Of a DNA stretch of 64,000 nt, positions 27,881 through 36,345 are shown one piece after another. Each line of letters starts with the position of its first letter. The first letter of the stretch is position 1. Below the pieces are notes generated by a model. It saw only the letters and a list, made by a program, of their open reading frames with translations, ran no database searches and was not told the origin of the DNA. Location of the stretch: assembly GCA_963664395.2 (NCBI GenBank), contig OY761159.2, positions 864,001 to 928,000 on the forward strand, given 5' to 3'. Source of the stretch: Candidatus Binatia bacterium (GTDB lineage: Bacteria > Desulfobacterota > Binatia > Bin18). Made by a program: the position numbers and the translations under genes.

Positions 27881-28714
27881 ATGGCGACGATCATCACCGA
27901 GGACTGTATTAACTGCGCGGCGTGCGAACCGGAGTGTCCGAATACGGCGATCTATCAGGGGGGCGTGGAGTGGGAGTTTAACGGCGCGCAGCACCCGGCG
28001 ATTGATGAGGACATTTTCTATATCGTGCCGGACAAGTGTACCGAATGTGTGGGATTTTTCGATCAGGAGGCATGTGCGGCGGTGTGTCCGGTAGACTGCT
28101 GCCTGCCCAACCCGGACATTGTGGAGACCGAAGAAGCGTTACTGGTGCGGGCCAAGGCGTTGCATCCCGAGCAAACGTTTGGCGCGGATTTCCCGTCGCG
28201 CTTCAAAGGGGACGGGGGAGACGCTGCTCCGGTCGCCGCCGAGGCGCCGGCGGCTGAAGCTGCCTCGGCTCCACAACCTGCTCCGGTCGCCGCGCCAACG
28301 CCGGTCGCCGCGCCTGCCTCGGTTGCAGACGTTGTCTCACTATCCATTCCGAGCGTAGACGAGTGGCAGGTGCCGATTAATTGTCAGCGCTGCGACGGAG
28401 AATTCAGTGCGCCTTTTCGGCATTTTCGGATCGGCGTTGTCTTCTACTGTACTCATTGTGGCGGCTCGCTCGTGGTCAACTCATCCATGTTTAAGGAGGT
28501 CGCCACTGCCCTGGATACCTTCCATGCGCAGTGGGCGGGCGACTTCGACGCCTTTCAAGACAAACGTCAGCGCGAACTTGAAGAATTTGAGGAGAGGAAA
28601 CGAGTGGACCTTGAGAATTTTTCGGGAAAGCTCAGACGGGTCGTTGCCGGGGCAAAACCAGCCGGAGGCCCCCACCGTCGTCTGTCGATGTTTGGCTTTC
28701 AGCGGGTCGGCTAA
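27881..28714 (+). CDS. YfhL-type 2x[4Fe-4S] ferredoxin fused to an Ala/Pro linker, zinc ribbon and coiled coil
   Basis: CINCAACEPECP; CTECVG...CAAVCPVDC; then CQRC...CTHC. Confidence 0.85.
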   Translation: MATIITEDCINCAACEPECPNTAIYQGGVEWEFNGAQHPAIDEDIFYIVPDKCTECVGFFDQEACAAVCPVDCCLPNPDIVETEEALLVRAKALHPEQTFGADFPSRFKGDGGDAAPVAAEAPAAEAASAPQPAPVAAPTPVAAPASVADVVSLSIPSVDEWQVPINCQRCDGEFSAPFRHFRIGVVFYCTHCGGSLVVNSSMFKEVATALDTFHAQWAGDFDAFQDKRQRELEEFEERKRVDLENFSGKLRRVVAGAKPAGGPHRRLSMFGFQRVG

Positions 28715-28718
28715 AACA

Positions 28719-28753
28719 CGAACAGTAGGGGCACGGCACGCCCCTACTGTTCG
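28719..28753. terminator. GTAG-type hairpin / probable bidirectional terminator
   Basis: CGAACAGTAGGGGC-ACGGCAC-GCCCCTACTGTTCG between convergent genes. Confidence 0.7.
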
Positions 28754-29586
28754 TATTTTTTCCCAATCTCCATTGCTTCCGGTACACCGAGCAGATCGGT
28801 CAACTCCTCAAACGACTCCCAGCCTGCATCCTGAGCGATGCTGCCCGTTGTTTTGAGTTCCCGCATGGCATCCCGCATGCGGATGTACGCCGCCATCAGT
28901 GTTGCGGAATAAATCGTCAGCTTAAAACCGAATTTTGCGAGCTCCTGAACAGGCAGCAGTTGCCCGTTGTACAGGAGAGGCAGATCGCCGAGCTCCTGGA
29001 CGTAGCGCTCGATATCGTCGTGCGTTTTGATCCCGTCTACAAAGATGAGATCGGCGCCGGCCTCCCGGTACGCCCTGGCACGCTGGATGACATCTTCCCA
29101 GCCATTGACCGCCAAAGCATCAGTCCGGGCGATAATCACGAAATCTTCACTGCGGCGGGCATCGCACGCCGCTTGGACTTTCGGGACCATGTCTGCCAGG
29201 GGGATGACTTGCTTCCCGGACAAAAATCCACACCGTTTAGGCCACACCTGATCTTCCATGTGCAGCGCAGCAGCTCCCGCAGCTTCATATTCGCGTACGG
29301 TCCGGTACACGTTCACTGGGTTGCCATAGCCCGTGTCCGCATCGCACACCAGCGGAATATCAATGGCGTTCGCAATAAAGCGAACATTTTCGACCATCTC
29401 AGCCATGGTCAGCAGCCCCACATCCGGGAACCCGCGTGAGGCTGCCGTCCCGAATCCAGTCATATACACGGTCTGGAACCCGGCGGCTTGGGCGATCTTG
29501 GCCTGAAACGCGTCAAAGATGAATGGTGCAACGACCATCTCAGAACTGTTGAGCAGAGCGCGAAGACGGGCTGCAGTACTCGGCAT
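28744..29586 (-). CDS. Isocitrate lyase / PEP mutase family enzyme
   Basis: YMTGFG, PDVGLLT, DADTGYG, HMEDQVWPKRCGF, IARTDA; GGAGG RBS. Confidence 0.9.
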   Translation of the reverse strand: MPSTAARLRALLNSSEMVVAPFIFDAFQAKIAQAAGFQTVYMTGFGTAASRGFPDVGLLTMAEMVENVRFIANAIDIPLVCDADTGYGNPVNVYRTVREYEAAGAAALHMEDQVWPKRCGFLSGKQVIPLADMVPKVQAACDARRSEDFVIIARTDALAVNGWEDVIQRARAYREAGADLIFVDGIKTHDDIERYVQELGDLPLLYNGQLLPVQELAKFGFKLTIYSATLMAAYIRMRDAMRELKTTGSIAQDAGWESFEELTDLLGVPEAMEIGKKYEQ

Positions 29587-29639
29587 GGCTTCCTCCTTGG
29601 GCATGCGGTTTTTCAGGGCGGCGGGTGAGTCGGTGCCCC

Positions 29640-30224
29640 CTACCACTCGGTCCGCGCCGGCGGTAAGGCCCCACTCGGACTTGGCGCATCAAAGAACCCC
29701 TCACCAGCCTGCTCACCGCGTCGCAGATACCGCTTGAGGAGCCGCTCGGAACGCTTGAGGAGTTCGTGCTTGCCCCGAAAGACTTGTTCACTCACCCATT
29801 CGTTCCGTATCCAACAGTCGAACGAAGCCTCCTCAATAAAATTGAATTCCATCAGGATACCAAGTTCCTGGGTATCGGCCACGATGGCGCGGAGCGAGAG
29901 ACCCGAGTCCACAATGGCGCCGCGTACATTCGGCGGGAGTGGCAGGGCTCGCTTGATCTTATCAATCTCCCGTTGAGAAGACTTTTTTTCAAGCAAGGCC
30001 ACATAGCCCCATTCACCGGGGGCGGGGTCAGCCTCAGCTAAGAGTTTCGCATTCAGGTCGGTCAAATTCTTTTCAGCCTGGACTTGGTCGTAATCCTCGA
30101 CTGTCTTAAAAAACGACGCCCCGGCCGGGGCCGGCCCTTCAGTCTGCTTCGCCCGCTCACGGCTTTTGTGCTCCTCCACCCACCACTCATTCTCCTTTGG
30201 AGCCTTTTTATTTCTCTCCGCCAT
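29640..30224 (-). CDS. Hypothetical protein
   Basis: 194-aa ORF with AAGGA RBS, co-oriented with its neighbours. Confidence 0.6.
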   Translation of the reverse strand: MAERNKKAPKENEWWVEEHKSRERAKQTEGPAPAGASFFKTVEDYDQVQAEKNLTDLNAKLLAEADPAPGEWGYVALLEKKSSQREIDKIKRALPLPPNVRGAIVDSGLSLRAIVADTQELGILMEFNFIEEASFDCWIRNEWVSEQVFRGKHELLKRSERLLKRYLRRGEQAGEGFFDAPSPSGALPPARTEW

Positions 30225-30260
30225 AAGAGTCCTTCTTTCCGAAGAAATCGGCTGTGACCG

Positions 30261-30893
30261 TTATTGGGCCGGTAGCAGATACGAAAAGCCGGCCGTAAAG
30301 CTATGCGTATTCAACCCCCGGTTTTCATCGTACAGGCTCGCATTCGAGGCATGCCGAAAACGATACCCAAAGTTAACGGCCAGATTGTCGTCAAGAAAAT
30401 ACGTTGCGCCGCCGCCCACCATCTCGGCAAAAGTCATTCCGCCACCAAAATCATAGCCCTGAAAATCATGATACATGACCCCCAGGCCACCCTCGATATA
30501 GGGGTAGAGCGGGACGCCAAGATCGACAAGATCAAAGTGATAGGTCAACACCGGCAGCATCAGTCCGACTTCAAAAGAGCCTTTGCGGCGCTCAAGCGCT
30601 CCTCCCTGTGACTTTTGCGTCACAAGAGAGCCAAAGGGCTCGGTTGCAATTTCGAGCGAACCTTTTGGCAGAAACCATTTTGAACCCTTAAAAGCAGTAT
30701 AGCCAATGCGTAAATGCACGGGGACCTTTTCGATTTTCTGGGACCCGGAGTCCGCGCTAATCGTGTAGCCGGACTGCATTCCAAATGACCACGTACCTTT
30801 ATTCGGTAAATCGTTCGCCCATACGGATGAACTCACCAGCCCCAGCAGCCCACCCACCACGGCCATGACCCGCTTCGCCTGTTTTATCGTCAT
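30261..30893 (-). CDS. PagL-like / acyloxyacyl hydrolase outer-membrane beta-barrel
   Basis: Signal peptide; PYIEGGLG; FRHASNASLYDENRGLN (H-x-S-N); aromatic C-terminal strand. Confidence 0.75.
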   Translation of the reverse strand: MTIKQAKRVMAVVGGLLGLVSSSVWANDLPNKGTWSFGMQSGYTISADSGSQKIEKVPVHLRIGYTAFKGSKWFLPKGSLEIATEPFGSLVTQKSQGGALERRKGSFEVGLMLPVLTYHFDLVDLGVPLYPYIEGGLGVMYHDFQGYDFGGGMTFAEMVGGGATYFLDDNLAVNFGYRFRHASNASLYDENRGLNTHSFTAGFSYLLPAQ

Positions 30894-30898
30894 ACTTT

Positions 30899-30937
30899 CA
30901 TCCCCTTTTTGCATCCCCTTTTTGCATCCCCTACTTG
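30899..30937. repeat. 13-bp tandem repeat x3 covering the RBS region of the PagL-like gene
   Basis: CATCCCCTTTTTG CATCCCCTTTTTG CATCCCCTACTTG. Confidence 0.9.
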
Positions 30938-30951
30938 CACTGTGGCACGCC

Positions 30952-31428
30952 CTATCCTCCTGTGCACTCCCCCGAGACCTGCAAGCCTGTTTCAACAAAG
31001 TCCTTGCGTGTGTCGTCCCAGCCAAACGCCTTTATGGTTCTCACCTCACGCGCATGGATCGAGATAACCAGATACGATGTCTCCGGATAGGATGGTTCAT
31101 CACCGAACATAGCTTGGGTCTTATCTTCAGCGGAAAAATAGGCGTCATGGTTGGGATGAGAATGGTAGAAGGCGGTCAGCTCGACCCGCCCCTCATCAAC
31201 AGCCTTGACAACAGCAAAAAGCTCTTTGGGCTCCATGAAATACGCAATTGAGGCATCCCGAGGATAGGTATGCGGGTCCTTCTCATGCATGGCATTCTGG
31301 ACATTGGTAATACGGTGGACTTCCTCACGCCCGTCAACGGTCACAATTGCCCCGCAACACTCATCCGGAAATATCTCCCGGGCATGCTGACTAATGGCTG
31401 CTTGAGTCTCAGGCTTGAGTTGCAACAC
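30952..31428 (-). CDS. M67/JAB (MPN) metallopeptidase, Mec/CysO-peptidase-like
   Basis: FPDECCG; FYHSHPNHDAYFSAED (HxH-x7-S-xx-D JAMM motif). Confidence 0.9.
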   Translation of the reverse strand: MLQLKPETQAAISQHAREIFPDECCGAIVTVDGREEVHRITNVQNAMHEKDPHTYPRDASIAYFMEPKELFAVVKAVDEGRVELTAFYHSHPNHDAYFSAEDKTQAMFGDEPSYPETSYLVISIHAREVRTIKAFGWDDTRKDFVETGLQVSGECTGG

Positions 31429-31513
31429 CCTTCCGTTTCCCTTTCCTCGTAAAACCAACTTTTGGATTATGGCGGGCTAGTTGAGAAAAGTCAAAATGGC
31501 TGACTGCTATGCC

Positions 31514-31663
31514 CCAGAGCAGATCACGATGCTGTGTAGCCGCCCGTCGTTCCTGCGAAAGCAGGAATCCAGGTCCCCGACTCCCCGGCCTCTGGATGCC
31601 GGATCACGTCCGGCATGACGAGCGCGTACTGGCACGGCTACAGACTAGCGTGAAATGCCCTAG
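31514..31663. mobile_element. About 150-bp MITE-like element: imperfect 29-bp inverted ends around a CGTC-type REP doublet
   Basis: Left end CCAGAGCAGATCACGATGCTGTGTAGCCG vs reverse complement of right end CTAGGGCATTTCACGCTAGTCTGTAGCCG (21/29). Internal CGTCGTTCCTGCGAAAGCAGGAATCCAG...CTGGATGCCGGATCACGTCCGGCATGACG (31545-31620). Confidence 0.7.
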
Positions 31664-31991
31664 CCCGTTCCCTATGGAGTCGTATCCCATACTTTGATCT
31701 CGCACTTTGATCTCGTGGCTCGCTCAATGTCGTTGCTCTTTCTTCTTACGCAGCTATAGTGACGCGAATTCCGGGAAGGAGCTGAGTAGATCGATGCTAA
31801 TAAAAAAAGAGAGTGGGAGATGACTGAACAGAAAGCTGGGTATTCTCTTATTGAAGATCCCCCCCCCAACAAGGAAGTGGTGGAGACTGGGGAGGAAGAA
31901 AAGCCCGTAAAAAAATGTTGAAAATTTTATGAGCATTATGATAAGCAAGAGACAAATAGGAAGTAGCAGATTTTAAGAGGGAAGGGATACG

Positions 31992-32402
31992 ATGGGTGAG
32001 TTTTGCTTATCATTTGATCAGGGGTTTGGTCTGGTGATCCTGGTCTGTGGATTGTCATTGATTTTTCAAGGGCCGATTTGGATATCATTTATAAGAAAGC
32101 TTTATGACAAAGACGATCAGGTTTTACATTTCGTAGGATTAGGGTCAGGTCTTTTTTTATTTCCTGTGGCTGTGACTTTAATATGGAATGCCAATAGTGG
32201 GGGGATCGATCCTTCTCTAATCACTCTCGTATTTTTATGGGTGATATTTATTAAATCCTTTTTGTTGATCGTGTGGCCTCAGCTTTTAATGAGACTGGGA
32301 AAGCGGTTTTACGCCAATAAAAGCGAAAACGTCTTGAAATGGTATGTCAGAGTTTACGGAGTGTTATATATTCTATTGGGCTTATTGTTGATTTGGCTAT
32401 AA
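31992..32402 (+). CDS. AT-rich four-TM membrane protein
   Basis: Four hydrophobic segments; GAAGGG RBS; markedly AT-rich. Confidence 0.65.
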   Translation: MGEFCLSFDQGFGLVILVCGLSLIFQGPIWISFIRKLYDKDDQVLHFVGLGSGLFLFPVAVTLIWNANSGGIDPSLITLVFLWVIFIKSFLLIVWPQLLMRLGKRFYANKSENVLKWYVRVYGVLYILLGLLLIWL

Positions 32403-32436
32403 CCATTTATAAAACTTTTTTATCTTGTTTTACCGT

Positions 32437-32760
32437 ATGGTAACGATTGAAGAATTCAGCAAAATCGAACTGCGCGTTGGGACCGTTACGTCAGCTGAGC
32501 CTCATCCCAATGCCGATCGCCTGCTTGTCCTCAAAGTCGATATTGGCGAAGAGGAAGACCGCCAGCTCGTGGCGGGCATCCGGGTACATTATAGTCCAGA
32601 GGAACTCGTGGGTCGGCAAATTGTTGTGGTCGCCAATCTTCAGCCGGCAAAACTGCGCGGGGTCGAGAGTCAAGGTATGCTCCTGGCGGCGTCAGATGGT
32701 GAGCAAGTCATCGTCTTACGGCCAGAGAAGAGAACCCGGGCAGGTTCGCAGGTCAGATAA
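32437..32760 (+). CDS. tRNA-binding OB-fold protein (MetRS C-terminal / Trbp111 / CsaA-like)
   Basis: ELRVGTV...HPNADRLL...RQLVAGI...VANLQPAKLRGVESQGMLLAA. Confidence 0.9.
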   Translation: MVTIEEFSKIELRVGTVTSAEPHPNADRLLVLKVDIGEEEDRQLVAGIRVHYSPEELVGRQIVVVANLQPAKLRGVESQGMLLAASDGEQVIVLRPEKRTRAGSQVR

Positions 32761-32768
32761 AAAACAAA

Positions 32769-32790
32769 GGGGCACGACCCACCGTGCCCC
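32769..32790. terminator. Hairpin between convergent genes
   Basis: GGGGCACG-ACCCAC-CGTGCCCC preceded by an A-rich tract. Confidence 0.65.
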
Positions 32791-32834
32791 CTCCATAGCT
32801 CCTATCATTGCTCAAACACTATGAGTGAGTTGCC

Positions 32835-33215
32835 TCACTGCCCGGAAAAACGGCTGATATCAATCACCGCGCGTTCGTGAATGCCCTCCCCGATCCTGGT
32901 GCCGTCCTCGTTATGGACCTCAACCGTGAACTTGAGACGCCGGCCTTTGATTTCCTCCAGACTGACCTTGCCCGTCACCTGCTGGCCAATCTGGGTGGGC
33001 GCAAGATGTTTAACATCAACGTGGAAGCCGACCGTCTGTTCGCCCGCGCCCATATGTGGGGTGAGAAACTGCACGCAGGTGCCTTCCATCAATTGAATCA
33101 TGGCCGGAGTGGAATACATGCGGGGCGCATCCGGCCCAAGATGCACAATGCCCATCTCCGGCGTTGTCGTAATCGTCTGTTCGTAGCTCATACCAACTTT
33201 TAGCGAGTCTTTCAT
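32835..33215 (-). CDS. FlK-like (fluoroacetyl-CoA type) hotdog thioesterase
   Basis: YSTPAMIQLMEGTC, TVGFHVDVKHLAPT, GEGIHERAVI; GGAGG RBS. Confidence 0.88.
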   Translation of the reverse strand: MKDSLKVGMSYEQTITTTPEMGIVHLGPDAPRMYSTPAMIQLMEGTCVQFLTPHMGAGEQTVGFHVDVKHLAPTQIGQQVTGKVSLEEIKGRRLKFTVEVHNEDGTRIGEGIHERAVIDISRFSGQ

Positions 33216-33246
33216 GCTTTCCTCCACGGTCGTGTCGCAACTCCGC

Positions 33247-34329
33247 CTACGGCAGGAGCGATGCTCGGGTGACTTCTTTGCGGTCTGACTTTTCCAGTGC
33301 TTCACCGGCTTTCTCAAGCGGGAACTCAGCATCAACCAGCTCGTGGTACGGATACGTATCAATATGAGCAGACAGAAAATTCAGTGATTTATGCAAATAG
33401 TGGGGATTATAGGTTGCCACGCCAAACATCTGGAGGGACTTGAACGTAATGAGCGCCGGCGGGACTTCAACCGTCAGCCCCATGGAGATATTCCCGATCT
33501 CGATGACCCGCCCGCCATTGCGGACCAGGTTGATCGCTTCCAGAAATGCCTGGGGCACGCCAGCGACCTCCAGGACGACATCCGGACCCAGGCCGTCGGT
33601 CAGTTCCCGCACCCGCCCAACCCGCGCTCTGGTGTCGGTATACTCACGCATGTCGACGATTTCATCCGCGCCAAAGGCTTTAGCCCGTTGGAGTCGCAGG
33701 TCAATCCCGTCAATGGCAATGACCCGCGCGCCGCGCGCTTTCGCCACCGCCATGGCATGCAGCCCAAGACCGCCCGCGCCTTGGACCACGAGGGTTTCTT
33801 CATAACTGAGATGGGCCTTATCCAGGCCAAAGAAAACCTGAGACAACGCGCAGTTTGCAGCCGAGGCGGCGTGGTCGGGAACGTTATCAGGTACTTTGTA
33901 CACATGCTGGCCCGGCTGCATGTAGTAGTGCGTGGCAAACGGCGTATGAAAGTGCGGCGGGTCGTGCGGACCGGCGCGCCGCGCGCGAATACCCAGCACC
34001 ACACACGCAGCAGCATTCCCGACACGACAGTTCACACACTTGCCACATGTCTCGTAATAGACCGGAGCAATGCGGTCGCCTTCTTTTAATGGCTGGCCGG
34101 CCGTATCTTTGGTCACGCCTTTGCCGAGCTTATACACCCGACCCACCATCTCATGCCCAGGCATGACGCCACGCTTGCCAAACTCGCCGCGCCACATATG
34201 GACTTCAGAGCCACACACGTTTGTCCGACTCACTTCGGCCAGGATGGCCCCCTCTTCGACCTCCGGCAGGTCGTACTCAAAAAACTCAATCGTGCGCGCC
34301 TTGGGAATAAAACTGACCGTCCCCTTCAT
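33247..34329 (-). CDS. Zinc-binding alcohol dehydrogenase (MDR family)
   Basis: VCGSE, GHE, CGKCVNC...C, GAGGLG. Confidence 0.92.
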   Translation of the reverse strand: MKGTVSFIPKARTIEFFEYDLPEVEEGAILAEVSRTNVCGSEVHMWRGEFGKRGVMPGHEMVGRVYKLGKGVTKDTAGQPLKEGDRIAPVYYETCGKCVNCRVGNAAACVVLGIRARRAGPHDPPHFHTPFATHYYMQPGQHVYKVPDNVPDHAASAANCALSQVFFGLDKAHLSYEETLVVQGAGGLGLHAMAVAKARGARVIAIDGIDLRLQRAKAFGADEIVDMREYTDTRARVGRVRELTDGLGPDVVLEVAGVPQAFLEAINLVRNGGRVIEIGNISMGLTVEVPPALITFKSLQMFGVATYNPHYLHKSLNFLSAHIDTYPYHELVDAEFPLEKAGEALEKSDRKEVTRASLLP

Positions 34330-34367
34330 GATACTCCTCCTGTTCGCATCCCCCCGGTGAGGGGGAT

Positions 34368-36035
34368 TCAGAATGTCGGCGGTCGATATTCGCCAAACTC
34401 GTTGCGTAGCGCGTCCGATATTTCACCCAGAGTGACATAGGCCCGCACGGCATCGATAATGGCCGGCATCAGATTGCCCCCATCCCGCGCCACCTGTCCG
34501 ACCCGGTCACACGCCGCCTGGGCCGCGGCTTGATTGCGTTCGGCGCGCACGCCGGCCACCCGTTCCTTCTGGCGTTCTTCCAGGGCCAGATCGACTTTCA
34601 GCAGCTCGTCGTGGTGGTCTTCCTCAACAGTGAAATCATTCACCCCCACAATGATCTGCTGCTTGGTTTCAATCGCCCGCTGATAGCGGAACGCCGCATC
34701 ATGAATTTCACGTTGCTGATACCCGGTCTCAATTGCCTTGACGGCCCCGCCCAGCTTGTCGATCCGATCGATATACTCAACCGCCTTGGCTTCCAGCTCA
34801 TCCGTCATGGATTCAATGAAATACGATCCAGCCAGGGGATCAATGGTATCCGCGGCCCCAGACTCGTGAGCGATGACCTGCTGGGTGCGGAGCGCAATCC
34901 GCACCGCGTCTTCCGTGGGCAGCGCCAGGGCTTCGTCTTTTGAGTTGGTATGCAGGGAGTTTGTCCCACCCAGGGCGGCTGCCAGAGCCTGGAGGGTCAC
35001 GCGGATAATATTATTGTCCGGTTGCTGGGCAGTCAGGGTTGAGCCGGCTGTTTGGGCGTGGGTGCGCAACATCCACGAACGGGGATTTTTGGCCTGAAAG
35101 CGTTCTTTCATAATTTTGGCCCACAGCCGCCGGGCCGCCCGGAACTTGGCTACTTCTTCAAAGAAATTATTATGCACGTTGAAAAAGAACGACAGCCGAG
35201 AAGCAAACGTATCGACGTCAAGCCCGACGGACTGCGCCGCTTCAACATAGGCAATGCCGTCAGCCAGGGTAAAAGCAATTTCCTGGGCCGCAGTCGAGCC
35301 GGCCTCGCGGATGTGGTAGCCGGAGATCGAAATCGTGTTCCAATTCGGTACCCGGTCAGCGCAAAACCCGAAAATGTCAGTGATAATCCGCAGGGACGGA
35401 CCGGGCGGATAAATATACGTCCCGCGGGCAATATACTCTTTGAGCAGGTCGTTCTGAATGGTGCCGCTGACCGTATCCCAACTCACACCTTGCTTTTCCG
35501 CCACCACCAGGTAGAGCGCCAGCAGAATGGCCGCTGTCGCGTTAATGGTCATGGAGGTGCTGACTTTGTCCAGCGGAATGCCGGCCAGCAGGGTTTCCAT
35601 ATCAGCCAACGAGTCGATGGCCACTCCGGCCCGCCCCACTTCTCCGGCGGCAATCGCATGATCGGAATCCCGGCCCATCTGCGTCGGCAAATCAAAGGCC
35701 ACGGACAGGCCGGTTTGGCCTTGAGCAAGCAGGTAACGATAGCGCTGGTTGGACTCCTCAGCCGTGCCAAAACCAGCATACTGGCGCATAGTCCAGAAAC
35801 GACCGCGGTACATGGTGGGTTGGACGCCACGGGTAAAGGGATACTGGCCGGGAAAGTCGAGTTTTTCCTGGTAGTCGCAGTCCTGGGTATCCTCGTTGGT
35901 GTACACTCGCTTGATTTCTATGCCTGACGTGGTCTCAAAGCGTTCTTTGCGTTCCGGAGAACGAGACAGAGCTTTACCGAGAATGGAGTCCTCCCAGGCT
36001 TGCCGGGCTGTTGTGACGGTATTTGAATTACTCAT
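34368..36035 (-). CDS. Methylmalonyl-CoA mutase, substrate-binding (large) subunit
   Basis: [54 protein letters not shown]; no B12-binding domain. Confidence 0.92.
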   Translation of the reverse strand: MSNSNTVTTARQAWEDSILGKALSRSPERKERFETTSGIEIKRVYTNEDTQDCDYQEKLDFPGQYPFTRGVQPTMYRGRFWTMRQYAGFGTAEESNQRYRYLLAQGQTGLSVAFDLPTQMGRDSDHAIAAGEVGRAGVAIDSLADMETLLAGIPLDKVSTSMTINATAAILLALYLVVAEKQGVSWDTVSGTIQNDLLKEYIARGTYIYPPGPSLRIITDIFGFCADRVPNWNTISISGYHIREAGSTAAQEIAFTLADGIAYVEAAQSVGLDVDTFASRLSFFFNVHNNFFEEVAKFRAARRLWAKIMKERFQAKNPRSWMLRTHAQTAGSTLTAQQPDNNIIRVTLQALAAALGGTNSLHTNSKDEALALPTEDAVRIALRTQQVIAHESGAADTIDPLAGSYFIESMTDELEAKAVEYIDRIDKLGGAVKAIETGYQQREIHDAAFRYQRAIETKQQIIVGVNDFTVEEDHHDELLKVDLALEERQKERVAGVRAERNQAAAQAACDRVGQVARDGGNLMPAIIDAVRAYVTLGEISDALRNEFGEYRPPTF

Positions 36036-36345
36036 AACGCACCCTCAAATAAGCAGAAAAGCGGCGGGAAAATCAAACTGTTGCCTACAGTAAATCGGGC
36101 TTAGAGACAACCCTCATCCATGTTCCGCAGCCTCAAACCGGAAGGTCGCTCGCCAATTTCCTGGAGCCGAGACCGCATATCTTTCAACAGGTGGAGAGAA
36201 ACGGAGAATGCCCCCCACACTCGCCGCATGTCCTGAAACGCCTTGAATTCCAGGCGGTTACCGCCCGGGTCAGCGAGAAACAGCTTGTCCTCAGCCCCGC
36301 CGTGGTATAGGCTCCCGACGCCGTCTCTGCCAAAGAGTCCGACTC

